A stretch of DNA of 64,000 nt from an uncultured delta proteobacterium (GCA_963743305.1 CAVUPH010000039.1:32001-96000); one strand, 5' to 3'; positions 54,373 through 63,936 are shown, counted from the first letter of the stretch. Translations and numbers: made by a program. Notes: generated from the sequence alone by a model not told the origin.

Positions 54373-54643
54373 ATGGAAAAGAAACATTTTTGATCCGAAA
54401 AGGATCGGTATGGTCTTTTGCCCTCGTTGTTACGGCCAAGGCTATATAGAAGATCCGAGGCTTCAATGTTGTCCGGTGTGCCAAGGGTTTGGGTTGATCA
54501 AGAACGCTCCTCCTGTCGATCCCCATAGTCCTTTCGCCCCGGCTCGGACTGGATTCCCACCAATTCTCCGGGATAAGGGTATCCGTCTTATTTTACTTGT
54601 AATTCCTCGCCGGGTACCCTTCCTAGGTCTACGTCCCTCTTGA
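54373..54643 (+). CDS. small CxxCxGxG zinc-finger protein, probable homopolymer frameshift near 54390
   Basis: AGGAGG RBS with ATG at 54373; CPRCYGQG and CPVCQGFG motifs in the ORF from 54410. Confidence 0.5.
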
Positions 54644-54899
54644 TATAGGCCTCAAAATTTTTTTTGACCGGGGCGTATCGTTCCTCCATTAAAGGACCTG
54701 ATTTCAATCTCAAAATCCGGAAATCGATTTTTTCCTCCCCCAACTTCTTTTGGAGCGCCTCCTCGACCAACCTGCCCGTCGTTCCGGTGCAGACGAGCTT
54801 GTGCTTTATTAAGGAACGGTAATTGTATTCAAACCATTCGATCAAATCCTTTTTGCGGTTGTCATGCGCCACCAGCGCGATATTCTTGATCTTCTCCAT
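54588..54899 (-). pseudogene. mgsA: methylglyoxal synthase with an in-frame internal deletion
   Basis: IALVAHD, TGTTG and LKSGPL present; GGDQ and DP..PHD.D segments absent. Confidence 0.75.
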
Positions 54900-54940
54900 G
54901 GAATCTCCTTCGCTGCAAGTCTTTTAACAAAACCATCAAG

Positions 54941-55090
54941 AAAGACGGGCTCGCAAGAAGTCTCCAAGGTGGTCATTGCGAGGAGAGAAGCGACGAAGCA
55001 ATCCCCCATAATCAGCTAATTGCCAAGGTGGGGGATTGCTTCGCCTCGCTCGCAATGACGAGCTTTTCGACTCTTTGTGAGGTCATCAAG
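54941..55090. mobile_element. MITE-like palindromic element
   Basis: ctcgcaagaagtc...gactctttgtgaggtcatcaa ends with a GTCATTGCGA core. Confidence 0.75.
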
Positions 55091-55346
55091 ACTTGGGTCT
55101 TGTCTTATCTAGGATAACCAGGCCATGTTACCGTTTGAAGGCGGATTTCAAGCGGTTTGATATAGAACAGCCTATGGGGGATTGCTTAGTCGTTTAACTC
55201 CTCGCCATGATAGACTAAAAGATTTTTTTGAGAGGTATCCGGTTTTAAGAAGAGGAGAAATCTTTGTTCAGCAGGACCCTTCCCCAATACATTCTTTTTT
55301 GGTAATATATAATTTGCAATATAATAGAATCTCAAGGAGATCATTG

Positions 55347-56705
55347 ATGAGACTGCTGATCATTGGCGGGAGCGATGCCGGGATAAGCGCGGCTATCCGG
55401 GCCCGGGAATTGGATCCATCTATTTCAGTCGGGGTAGTACTCCGCGATGCCTATCCCAACTACAGCATTTGCGGCATCCCTTTCTTTATCAGCGGCGAAA
55501 CGGCCGATTGGACGAATCTGGCCCACCGGTCTCTGGGGGAGCTAGAGGAAACCGGTATCGAGATTAGAAGGAACACCCAGGCCCTGCGACTGAACCCGGA
55601 ATCCAAAGAAGTACTCGTAGGCGATTCGTCCGGCCGTTCGGAATCGATGAAATACGATCGATTGATCTTGGCTACCGGCGCCCAACCCGTCGTCCCTTCC
55701 CTGGAAGGATTGAGTCAACCCGGAGTTTTCCAAATGCGCTGGATGGAGGACGCCCTGGCCCTGGCCCGCTTTATTGACCAAAGAAAGCCCCGTCGGGCGG
55801 CCATTGTCGGCGCGGGGTATATCGGTCTCGAAATGGCCGATGCCTTGAGCAAGTTGGGGATTGAAGTTAACCTGATCCAACGTTCCTCGCAGGTCTTGAA
55901 AACACTGGACCCGGAGTTGGGTGGATCGGTCAAGAGTGAATTGGAGCGGCACGGGGTTCGTGTTTTGACCGGCCGACCCCCGGAAAGCATTCGGAGAAAC
56001 GGCGATACATTGCGGGTTCTGGGACCGGAGGGCTTGGCCGTCGAAGCGGACCTGGTGCTGGTGGTGACGGGCGTCCGGCCGCAAGCCGCCCTGGCAGCGG
56101 ATTCCGGTGCCGCCACCGGAATCCAAAACGCTATAAAGGTTAACCGCCGGATGCGGACCAGCCTGACCGATGTCTTTGCCGCCGGAGATTGCGTCGAAAC
56201 CTGGCATCGTCTTTTGGAGACCTTTGTTTATCTGCCCCTGGGTACCACTGCCCACAAACAGGGAAGGGTAGCCGGTGAGAATGCCGCGGGCGGGCAGGCG
56301 CTGTTTGCCGGCAGTCTGGGGACCCAGGTCGTCAAGGTTTTTGACCTGGTGGCCGCCCGGACCGGTCTCCTGAACCGGGAGGCCCTGGAGGCCGGTTTCC
56401 AACCGCTTTCAATAAAAAAAGAGCTCTGGGACCACAAGGCCTATTATCCCGGTGCCAAAAAACTGATCGTCCATCTGACCGGGGACCAGGAAAGCGGACG
56501 ATTGCTGGGGGCCCAAATTTTGGGGCCTTATGGGGCCGAGATTTCAAAACGGATCGATATCCTGGCCGCGGGGCTCTATGCCGGCCTAAACGTCCAGGAT
56601 CTGCCGGAGATGGATCTCAGTTATACGCCGCCCCTATCAAGCCCCTGGGATCCGGTCCAAATGGCCGCTCTATCCTGGCTGGATGAAAAGGCCAGGATAC
56701 AATAA
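55347..56705 (+). CDS. CoA-disulfide reductase/NADH oxidase family flavoprotein
   Basis: IGGSDAG, YSICGIP single Cys, GAGYIGLE, AAGDC, DLSYTPP. Confidence 0.88.
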   Translation: MRLLIIGGSDAGISAAIRARELDPSISVGVVLRDAYPNYSICGIPFFISGETADWTNLAHRSLGELEETGIEIRRNTQALRLNPESKEVLVGDSSGRSESMKYDRLILATGAQPVVPSLEGLSQPGVFQMRWMEDALALARFIDQRKPRRAAIVGAGYIGLEMADALSKLGIEVNLIQRSSQVLKTLDPELGGSVKSELERHGVRVLTGRPPESIRRNGDTLRVLGPEGLAVEADLVLVVTGVRPQAALAADSGAATGIQNAIKVNRRMRTSLTDVFAAGDCVETWHRLLETFVYLPLGTTAHKQGRVAGENAAGGQALFAGSLGTQVVKVFDLVAARTGLLNREALEAGFQPLSIKKELWDHKAYYPGAKKLIVHLTGDQESGRLLGAQILGPYGAEISKRIDILAAGLYAGLNVQDLPEMDLSYTPPLSSPWDPVQMAALSWLDEKARIQ

Positions 56706-56736
56706 TGGTTTGGTTTTTATAGAAAAGGGGGATTGT

Positions 56737-57936
56737 TTACGCTTTCAGCAACGGGGCCTTGTCGGTCAGTTCCCAGGGTAGCCCGATGTCCATGCGGCCC
56801 ACATGTCCGTAAGCCGCCAGCTTGCGGTAAAAGCCGCCCTTGACCACGGCCGGCTGGTAGCGGAGGTTGAATTGTTTGATGATCCCGGCCAGACGGAAAT
56901 CAAAATGGTTCTTGATCAGCCCGGAAATTTCTTTGTCCGGAATGGTGCCGGTGCCGAAGGTCTCCACCTCGATGCTGGCCGGTCGCGGGAGACCGATGGT
57001 ATAGGTGAGCTGCACTTCACACTCCCGGGCCAGGCCGGCGGCCACCACGTTTTTGGCCGCGTAGCGGGCCGCGTAGGCCCCGATACGGTCGATTCGCAAG
57101 GGATCCTTGCCGCTCAGAGCCGCGCCGCTATGCCGGGCGTATTCCCCGTAGGTGTCGATGGCCGTCTTCCGGCCGGTCAACCCGGAATGGACAGCCGGTC
57201 CGCCGATCAGGAAAGGCCCGTCGGGATTGATGAAAATGCGGGTTCGGTCGTCCGGCTGGATCTCTTCGTCATGAAAAATCTGGTCCACCACCACTTCCCG
57301 GATATCGTCGGTCAACTTTTTCAAATCGGGCCCTCCGGCCTGGGGCGACATTTTCTGGCTGGCAATCACGGTCACACTGTGAATACGGGAGGGGTGCCCG
57401 CCACGGTATTCCACGCCCACCTGGGTCTTGCCGTCCGGAGACAGGTAGGGCAGCACTTTTTGCAGACGGGCCGACGTCAGTTTCCTGGCCAGTTTATGGG
57501 CCAGCCACAGGGGCAGAGGGATCAGGGCCGCGGTCTGATTACAGGCGAAACCAAAAATGTTCACCTGGTTCTTGATCAGGATGCGGTCCATCTCCTCTTC
57601 CGAAATAGTGGCCTCATTAAAAAAAGTCTGGTCTTTGGGCGGCAGCTCCTTCAGGCTGGTGATGATGCTGCAGGTCTTGGCGTTGAAGGCCTGGTGCTCA
57701 TAACCGATCAGGTTCAAGACCTTCCGGGCCACCCCGGGGAAATCCACCGTGGCGCTGGATTCGAACCGGGCGGCGATAAACAGGATGGCCGTGGCCACGG
57801 CGCATTCGGCGATTACCCGGGAAAAAGGATCCTGCTGCAGAAAATGGTCCACAATGGCATCGCTGATCTGGTCGCAGAGTTTGTCGGGATGCCCTTCGGT
57901 GACCGACTCGGACATAAAGACAAAATCCTCTTTCAT
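56737..57936 (-). CDS. metK: methionine adenosyltransferase paralog (divergent)
   Basis: SESVTEGHPDK, DGKTQV, GLTGRK, SGKDP, AAYGH; GAGDQG motif replaced. Confidence 0.85.
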   Translation of the reverse strand: MKEDFVFMSESVTEGHPDKLCDQISDAIVDHFLQQDPFSRVIAECAVATAILFIAARFESSATVDFPGVARKVLNLIGYEHQAFNAKTCSIITSLKELPPKDQTFFNEATISEEEMDRILIKNQVNIFGFACNQTAALIPLPLWLAHKLARKLTSARLQKVLPYLSPDGKTQVGVEYRGGHPSRIHSVTVIASQKMSPQAGGPDLKKLTDDIREVVVDQIFHDEEIQPDDRTRIFINPDGPFLIGGPAVHSGLTGRKTAIDTYGEYARHSGAALSGKDPLRIDRIGAYAARYAAKNVVAAGLARECEVQLTYTIGLPRPASIEVETFGTGTIPDKEISGLIKNHFDFRLAGIIKQFNLRYQPAVVKGGFYRKLAAYGHVGRMDIGLPWELTDKAPLLKA

Positions 57937-58031
57937 GGGGTCTCCTTATTCATCTTATGCTGTCTATACCATTATTCTTAGGGTGATCTTATTGCACACT
58001 TTAGAATCGGAACTTCTCTGCCGCGTTTTTT

Positions 58032-61000
58032 TCAGCCAAAAATTGATTGATTTTTGGCTGTTTCGTTGATCAGCAGGGGGGCCACGGCCGTCCCGCCGAT
58101 GACCAGCCCGTCGATGAGCCCGACCGGCGAAAGCTGCATAAGGGACCGCAACCCGGGCACGAACAGGGTCGAGATCTGCAACAGCACGGAAGCGGCCAGG
58201 GCCTGGGTCAACAAACGGTTGGGCGGCAGCTTTTCCTTGGAAAAGATACTGATATGGTCGGACCGGCAACTGAAGGCATGGAGCAACTGGCCGATGCTCA
58301 GGCTCATGAACGCCAGGGTATTGGCCTGGGGACCCCGGCCGTAGCGGACCAAGCCGTACCCGTAGGCCGACAGGGCACCGGCGGACAGCACCCCGGATTC
58401 GATCATGATCTTTTTAAAATCCTGCCGGCGGATGATCGGCTCTTTCGGGTCCCGGGGCGGTTTGGTAAGCACATCCGGCTCCGGCAGTTCCATGGCCAGG
58501 GCCAATCCGGGGAAGATGTCCGAGATCAGGTTGATCCAGAGAAGCTGCATGGCGTTCAGCGGCTCGCCCAGGCCGACCGCCAGCGAGCTGAAAACTACGA
58601 TGATTTCGCTCATGTTGGTAGCCAGCAGGAAATGAATGGCCTTGCGGATATTGTTGTAGATGGTCCGGCCCTGCTTGACGGCGATGATCATGGTTTCGAG
58701 GCGGTCATCTTCCAGCACCACGTCGGCCACCTCGCGGGCCACGTCGGTCCCGGATCTTCCCATGGCCACCCCGATGTCGGCCACTTTCAGGGCCGGTCCG
58801 TCATTGATCCCGTCCCCGGTCATGGCCACCACCCGGCCGGCCCGCTGCAGGGCCTGGACGATTTGCAACTTGTGGGCCGGGCTGACCCGGGCAAAGACCT
58901 GGACCTTTTCCGCCAGGGCCTCCAGCAAGTCCGGTTGCAGACTGTCCAGGTTGCTGGAATCCAGGATCTCCAGGTCCTCGTTGCGGTTCAGAGTCAGTGA
59001 CCGGCCGATGGCGTAGGCGGTGGCCGACTGGTCGCCGGTGATCATGACCGTATCGATGCCCGCCGTGTGGAACTGGCCGATCAACTCCTTCACCCCTTCC
59101 CGGACCGGATCGCCCATGCCGACCAGGCCGAGCCAGGTCAGGCCGCCGACCGCATCGGGGTCTTCCAGAAGATCCGCCCCGTCCGACAGCAGCGCGTACC
59201 CCACGGCCAGAACCCGCATGCCTTTTCCGGCCAGGCGCTCATTCTCCATTTCCAGTTCCAGACGGTCCTCTTCCGTGAGCGGTAATCGCTCCCCGTCACG
59301 CATCCAGAAATCGCAAAGGGCTACGACCTCCTGGGGGTTCCCCTTGACCGCCGCTACCCGTTGCCCTTCCTCGGCGGTCCGGTGCAGGGTGATCATGTAG
59401 TTTCGGGTTTCCGTACGCAGGGCCGTTTTTTCAACCGGGAACTGTTCCCGGAGACTCTGAATGTTGACACCGGCCGTCAAGGCCAGGTGAATGAAGGCGT
59501 TCTCCGTGGAAGATCCGCTGACCAGCACATTACCGTCCTGGAAGACCGCGAGCCCCTTGCCCTGGACTTCACGAGTTTTTTGCTGGTACACGTCGGCGTC
59601 GGGGATGAGGGAGCTGACTTCGCTTTCATTGCAGAGGACTGAAATATGGATGAGCTGAAGCAACTCCGGCCGGATGTAAGGATTGACGACTTCTTCCCCC
59701 TGCTTGAACTGATCTTTTTCCAGGTGGATGCGCCGCATCCCCACATTGAGCATGACCACGGACATCCGGTTCAGCGTCAGGGTCCCGGTCTTGTCCATGC
59801 AGATGGTCTGGACCGACCCCAGGGTTTCCACGGCTTCCAGATGCCGGATGAGGACATTGTATTTGCGCATGCGCCGCAAGCCCAGGCCCAACGTGGTGGT
59901 GGCCACGGTGGGCAAGCCTTCCGGGACGGCCGCCACGGCCAGGGAAATGGAGCTCTTCAGCATTTGGAGAAATCCGTAACCCCGAAGAAGGCCGATGACG
60001 AACACCAGACCGCAGACCGCCCCGGAAATCAAGACCAATTGACTGCCCATGGTATCGAGCTGCCGTTCCATGGGGGTTTCCGGGGTCTGGGATTCCCCCA
60101 TCAGGGTCTGGATCCGGCCGATTTCGGTAAACCGGCCGGTGCCCACCACCAGAGCCAATCCCTGCCCCCCGGTCACCAGGGTGCCCATATAGGTCATGTT
60201 GGTCCGATCCGCCAGCGCCACCTCCATCTGCAGCGACGCCCCGTCGGACGCCTGCCCAAAGACCACCAGGGTCTCCGAGGTTTTGGAGACCGGCAGGCTC
60301 TCCCCGGTCAACGCGGATTCATCGATGGTCAGGTTATGGGCCTCGATCAGCCGGGCATCGGCGGTTATATATGTACCCGGACGCAGCACCAGGATATCCC
60401 CCGGGACCACCTCTTCGGCCCTGATTTCTTCGGCCTTCCCGTCCCGGACTACAAGGGCGTGGGGCCGCACCAGGGTCTTCAGAGAGTGAATGGTCTTCTC
60501 GGACTGGCTTTCGGTGACATAGCCGATGACGGCATTGATCAACACCACCGAGGCGATGACCACGGCATCGGCGATCCCGGCCGTGGCCACGGAAATACCG
60601 GCCGCCACCCCCAGCAAGGCTACCGGGAGAGATTTGAACTGGTCGATGAAGATGCTGAAGCCCGAGCGGGGTACCGACTCGGGCAGGACATTGGGGCCGA
60701 ATTTTTTCAGGCGGGAAAGGGACTCCGACTGGGGCAACCCCAGAGCGGAATGGGAGCCGAGCTGTTCCAGCAGATCATGGGCCGCCAGGAAATGCCAGGG
60801 TTGGGCCGTCTGCTCTTCGGAATGGACGACCAGATTCCGGACCTTCCGACGGCTGGAGGCGGTTTTTTGACCGAAAACAGGGGCCAGGGGATGGCGGGAT
60901 TTCGCCTCGGCCGATTCCGTCCGGCGGTTTCCAGACTGTCTTTCCGGAAAAAAATGGGGATAAAGGCCGGCCTTTCTTTCCCGGCCTTCCTTTATCCCGT

Positions 61001-61238
61001 TGTTTGGCTGAAAATTAAGGACCAGTGTTCGAAGCAGCGCTCCCAGATCCTCCGGGGTCCGATGACCGTTGAACCGGATGAGTACATGGCCGGTCAGAAT
61101 ATTGGCGGAAAAAGAATATACTTCCCCGTCTTGGTTCAATTGATTGGCCAGATACTGCTTCAATTCCTCCGAACGGTAAAGGCCCTGGACCCGGTACCGG
61201 GCTCGGCCCCGGACCACCGTATGGATGGCTTCAACCAC
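58032..61238 (-). CDS. P2-type (Ca2+-ATPase-like) cation-transporting ATPase with N-terminal HMA2-like domain
   Basis: GRARY..NILTGHVLI; LTGES, VAAVPEGLP, DKTGT, GDGINDGPALK, LATNMSE, LWINLISD. Confidence 0.92.
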   Translation of the reverse strand: MVEAIHTVVRGRARYRVQGLYRSEELKQYLANQLNQDGEVYSFSANILTGHVLIRFNGHRTPEDLGALLRTLVLNFQPNNGIKEGRERKAGLYPHFFPERQSGNRRTESAEAKSRHPLAPVFGQKTASSRRKVRNLVVHSEEQTAQPWHFLAAHDLLEQLGSHSALGLPQSESLSRLKKFGPNVLPESVPRSGFSIFIDQFKSLPVALLGVAAGISVATAGIADAVVIASVVLINAVIGYVTESQSEKTIHSLKTLVRPHALVVRDGKAEEIRAEEVVPGDILVLRPGTYITADARLIEAHNLTIDESALTGESLPVSKTSETLVVFGQASDGASLQMEVALADRTNMTYMGTLVTGGQGLALVVGTGRFTEIGRIQTLMGESQTPETPMERQLDTMGSQLVLISGAVCGLVFVIGLLRGYGFLQMLKSSISLAVAAVPEGLPTVATTTLGLGLRRMRKYNVLIRHLEAVETLGSVQTICMDKTGTLTLNRMSVVMLNVGMRRIHLEKDQFKQGEEVVNPYIRPELLQLIHISVLCNESEVSSLIPDADVYQQKTREVQGKGLAVFQDGNVLVSGSSTENAFIHLALTAGVNIQSLREQFPVEKTALRTETRNYMITLHRTAEEGQRVAAVKGNPQEVVALCDFWMRDGERLPLTEEDRLELEMENERLAGKGMRVLAVGYALLSDGADLLEDPDAVGGLTWLGLVGMGDPVREGVKELIGQFHTAGIDTVMITGDQSATAYAIGRSLTLNRNEDLEILDSSNLDSLQPDLLEALAEKVQVFARVSPAHKLQIVQALQRAGRVVAMTGDGINDGPALKVADIGVAMGRSGTDVAREVADVVLEDDRLETMIIAVKQGRTIYNNIRKAIHFLLATNMSEIIVVFSSLAVGLGEPLNAMQLLWINLISDIFPGLALAMELPEPDVLTKPPRDPKEPIIRRQDFKKIMIESGVLSAGALSAYGYGLVRYGRGPQANTLAFMSLSIGQLLHAFSCRSDHISIFSKEKLPPNRLLTQALAASVLLQISTLFVPGLRSLMQLSPVGLIDGLVIGGTAVAPLLINETAKNQSIFG

Positions 61239-61244
61239 GTGCGG

Positions 61245-61925
61245 CTATTCGTTCTTCTTGCCCCGTCCCCGGGTGATCTCCGGTGCAGAGGGGGTTTCGC
61301 CCTCGCTAGAGACGGATCTCGCCCCGCTGCCCTTGGGAAGAAGGGAAGAGGCCACTTCCTTGACTCCCTCCACCACGCCGACCAGCATATCCTTCACTGA
61401 TCGGACGGCGGTATTGCCGATGGCGCCGGCGGCCTCGATGGCGCCGCCCACGGCCACTTTGGCCACTTCCTCGACGTTGCCCCCCACTTCCTTCGTGGCC
61501 TCGATCACGCCGTCCACGGCCCGCCGGGCTACCAGGCCTACGTCGGCCCCGATCTCCGCGGCGCCTTTCACGGCCCCTTTGACTGTCTGGCTGGCCACCG
61601 AAACCAAGTCGCCGCCCACGTCGCTGATGCCCATGATCACGCCCTTGGCCACGCTCTTGGTGCTGAGGATCAGGCCCGTGCCGACCTCCTCCGTAGCCTG
61701 GATAGTGCCCTTGACCACATCCTTGGCGACGCTCAGGCTTTCCGTGACCACCGCGCCGCCGGCCCGCAGGGTCGTGGAGACCGTGTTGCGCACCAGGCTG
61801 ACGATCTCGGATTCGATTTCATTGATGCCCTTCAAGCTGCTGACCACGCCTTCCTTGACGGAAGTGCCGGCCTTCCCGATGGTTTCATCCACATTGACGC
61901 CTGTCTTCTCCTGTTTTTCAGTCAT
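61245..61925 (-). CDS. Gly/Ala/Val-rich protein with 11/22-residue amphipathic repeats
   Basis: Consecutive 11-mers such as SVAKDVVKGTI, LSTKSVAKGVI, SVASQTVKGAV, LVARRAVDGVI; start overlaps the upstream stop. Confidence 0.8.
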   Translation of the reverse strand: MTEKQEKTGVNVDETIGKAGTSVKEGVVSSLKGINEIESEIVSLVRNTVSTTLRAGGAVVTESLSVAKDVVKGTIQATEEVGTGLILSTKSVAKGVIMGISDVGGDLVSVASQTVKGAVKGAAEIGADVGLVARRAVDGVIEATKEVGGNVEEVAKVAVGGAIEAAGAIGNTAVRSVKDMLVGVVEGVKEVASSLLPKGSGARSVSSEGETPSAPEITRGRGKKNE

Positions 61926-62413
61926 TACTTTTCTCCCTTAGGTTTCGATTTCAAAAAAATGTTTAAGGCGTACCAGAAGGCCGTGTACCAGGCCGGGGCC
62001 ATGAAGTTGCCGCGGCTGATTTGGTAAATGCCCATGATCAGCAGGGCCCCGAAAGACAGGGTCCCCGCATCCATTTCCCCGCCGGTAAATTTTTTGATCT
62101 TATTTTCTACCTGGTTATATGTTTCAGATACCTGTAGATAAATATTGGAAGAAGGCGAACCGATTTGTTTGGCCTGTCCGGGGAAATAGGTTCGGGCCAG
62201 ATCTTTCATCATTGCCGGGTCCAGGGAATGCTTGATCAGGATGCTGCCGGTGACGGGATTGGCCGCCACCTCATGGATATTGGGATACTTCCCCGCCAGG
62301 TCCTTCAGAGACTGGAAAAAAGCAACGTCCCCTTTTCTCGATGGGATTCTGAGCCGAAACCGCCCGGAGGTGGCGTGGCTGATATAGGCATCAGAAGGCA
62401 AATTGTTGAACAT
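61925..62413 (-). CDS. HMA2-like domain protein with C-terminal hydrophobic segment
   Basis: HATSGRFRLRI..NPVTGSILI; GALLIMGIYQI..APAWYTAFWYA. Confidence 0.82.
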   Translation of the reverse strand: MFNNLPSDAYISHATSGRFRLRIPSRKGDVAFFQSLKDLAGKYPNIHEVAANPVTGSILIKHSLDPAMMKDLARTYFPGQAKQIGSPSSNIYLQVSETYNQVENKIKKFTGGEMDAGTLSFGALLIMGIYQISRGNFMAPAWYTAFWYALNIFLKSKPKGEK

Positions 62414-62447
62414 GACGGTTCCCTCCCTTAAAGGCCGGACTAATTAA

Positions 62448-62750
62448 TTACCTTTGATCTTCTGCTTCAATGGTACCGTCCACGCCTGTCGCCGCCATGG
62501 CTCCGGACCCGGCTTCTTCCAATTCGGCCCTGGTCTCGGCTATTAGGTCCTCCACCACTTCCTGGGCCTCGGCCGCCACTTCCCGGCCTTTCTGGTAAAG
62601 CAGAAAACCGCCCTTGATCGCGGCTTTGGCCATGGGCTTGACAACACTGGCCAAAACAGGTATGACCACAGGTGCCAGAATGGAAGAACCGATACCAATG
62701 GCCAAACCCGTGACGATATTGCCTTTCAGACCGTTATCGAATAGACCCAT
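62448..62750 (-). CDS. small membrane protein (DUF5132-like)
   Basis: GLAIGIG..LAPVVIP..KPMAKAAIKGG..EDLIAE; AAGGAG RBS. Confidence 0.75.
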   Translation of the reverse strand: MGLFDNGLKGNIVTGLAIGIGSSILAPVVIPVLASVVKPMAKAAIKGGFLLYQKGREVAAEAQEVVEDLIAETRAELEEAGSGAMAATGVDGTIEAEDQR

Positions 62751-62858
62751 ATCATCTGCTCCTTTCTCTTTGAAATAAAAATAATAGCTTTTTTCTCTCT
62801 ACTATAATAACAATTAAATCATTATTTGACTACCCAATAGCAATTTCAGGGAAATTTC

Positions 62859-63575
62859 ATGAAACCGATCCCTTTGACAAAACGAATAATCTTTGCCCTG
62901 GACGTTGAAACCCCGGGAGAGGCTCGGGCCTGGGTGGAAAAACTGGAAGACCGGGTGAAGTTTTTTAAAGTCGGGCTTCAGCTTTTTCTGGCCGGAGGGT
63001 TCGAAATCGTCGACTGGATTTTGAAGCGCGGCTCGGAGGTGATGCTGGATCTCAAGTTCTTCGATGTGCCCCAGACCGTGGCCTCCGCCGTCAAGCAACT
63101 GGCTGGCCGGGGGGTATCTTTTACCACCGTTCATGGCAACGACGCCATCCTCCGGGCCGCGGCCGAAGCCAAACAGGGGGTGAAAATCCTGGCGGTTACT
63201 GTTTTGACCAGCCTGGACCAGGGGGACCTGAACGACCTTGGTTTTCAATGCTCCGCGGAAGATCTGGTCCTATCCCGGGCTCGACGGGCCCTGCAGGTCG
63301 GCTGCGACGGGGTGGTCTCCTCAGGCCTGGAAGCGCCGAGGTTGCGAAAGGAACTGGGAGAGAATTTCCTGGTAGTGGTGCCGGGGGTCCGGCCCGTTGA
63401 AAACCGAGTCGATGACCAGAAACGGATTGTCACCGTCCGGGATGCTTTTTTGAACGGCGCCGACTACGTGGTCATCGGCCGCCCCTTGAAACAAGCCGCC
63501 GATCCCCTGGCTCTGGCCGCGGAGATGCAGCAGCAGATCCAAGAAGCCTTAAACGATCCCCATCCGATAAAATAA
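62859..63575 (+). CDS. pyrF: orotidine-5'-phosphate decarboxylase
   Basis: FALD, KVG, DLKFFDVPQT, VTVLTS, PGVR, VIGR. Confidence 0.96.
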   Translation: MKPIPLTKRIIFALDVETPGEARAWVEKLEDRVKFFKVGLQLFLAGGFEIVDWILKRGSEVMLDLKFFDVPQTVASAVKQLAGRGVSFTTVHGNDAILRAAAEAKQGVKILAVTVLTSLDQGDLNDLGFQCSAEDLVLSRARRALQVGCDGVVSSGLEAPRLRKELGENFLVVVPGVRPVENRVDDQKRIVTVRDAFLNGADYVVIGRPLKQAADPLALAAEMQQQIQEALNDPHPIK

Positions 63576-63905
63576 GTCTTCGCCCAGGCGCTTGGAGCGC
63601 CACGAAAAACCGTCATTCCGGACGAGTCACGCGATGTAACGGGATCCGGAATCCCATCCCTCGGTAGAGGGGTTTAAAATATCCCCCCGGCAAACAGGGC
63701 CTTCACGAAATCCCCATAGGGCCAGACCTCGACCTTATCAAATGTGTTTATTATTTATACATTATGTTTATTATTTATACATATTATAATATTACTATTT
63801 TCAATAAGTTATAATTAAATTAAATCATTTTGTATATTTTCAAAACAACGGCAGTCGGATTAAGGAAGGGGTCTTACTGAACAAAATTATGTTTGTTATT
63901 AATTA

Positions 63906-63918
63906 AATCAATTAGTTA
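63906..63918 (+). promoter_or_regulatory. IHF-binding site
   Basis: AATCAATTAGTTA matches WATCAANNNNTTR. Confidence 0.6.
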
Positions 63919-63936
63919 TGTTAGCTACCCCTTTCT

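Noticed and set aside
7399-55090. Palindromic repeats as a CRISPR array
   Set aside because: Copies are dispersed and long, with no regular repeat-spacer pattern and no cas genes in the window
58032-61238. Calling this ATPase FezB (a true ferrosome)
   Set aside because: Membrane motifs and length are P2-type, not P1B-6, so only analogy is supported
59646-61400. Long plus-strand ORFs opposite the ATPase and metK (also 56803-57981 and 58047-59000)
   Set aside because: Antisense shadows of GC-rich coding genes with no recognisable motifs
62800-62830. Fur box upstream of the ATPase operon
   Set aside because: Only a half-site (ATAATGAT on the minus strand) in AT-rich DNA; too weak to call
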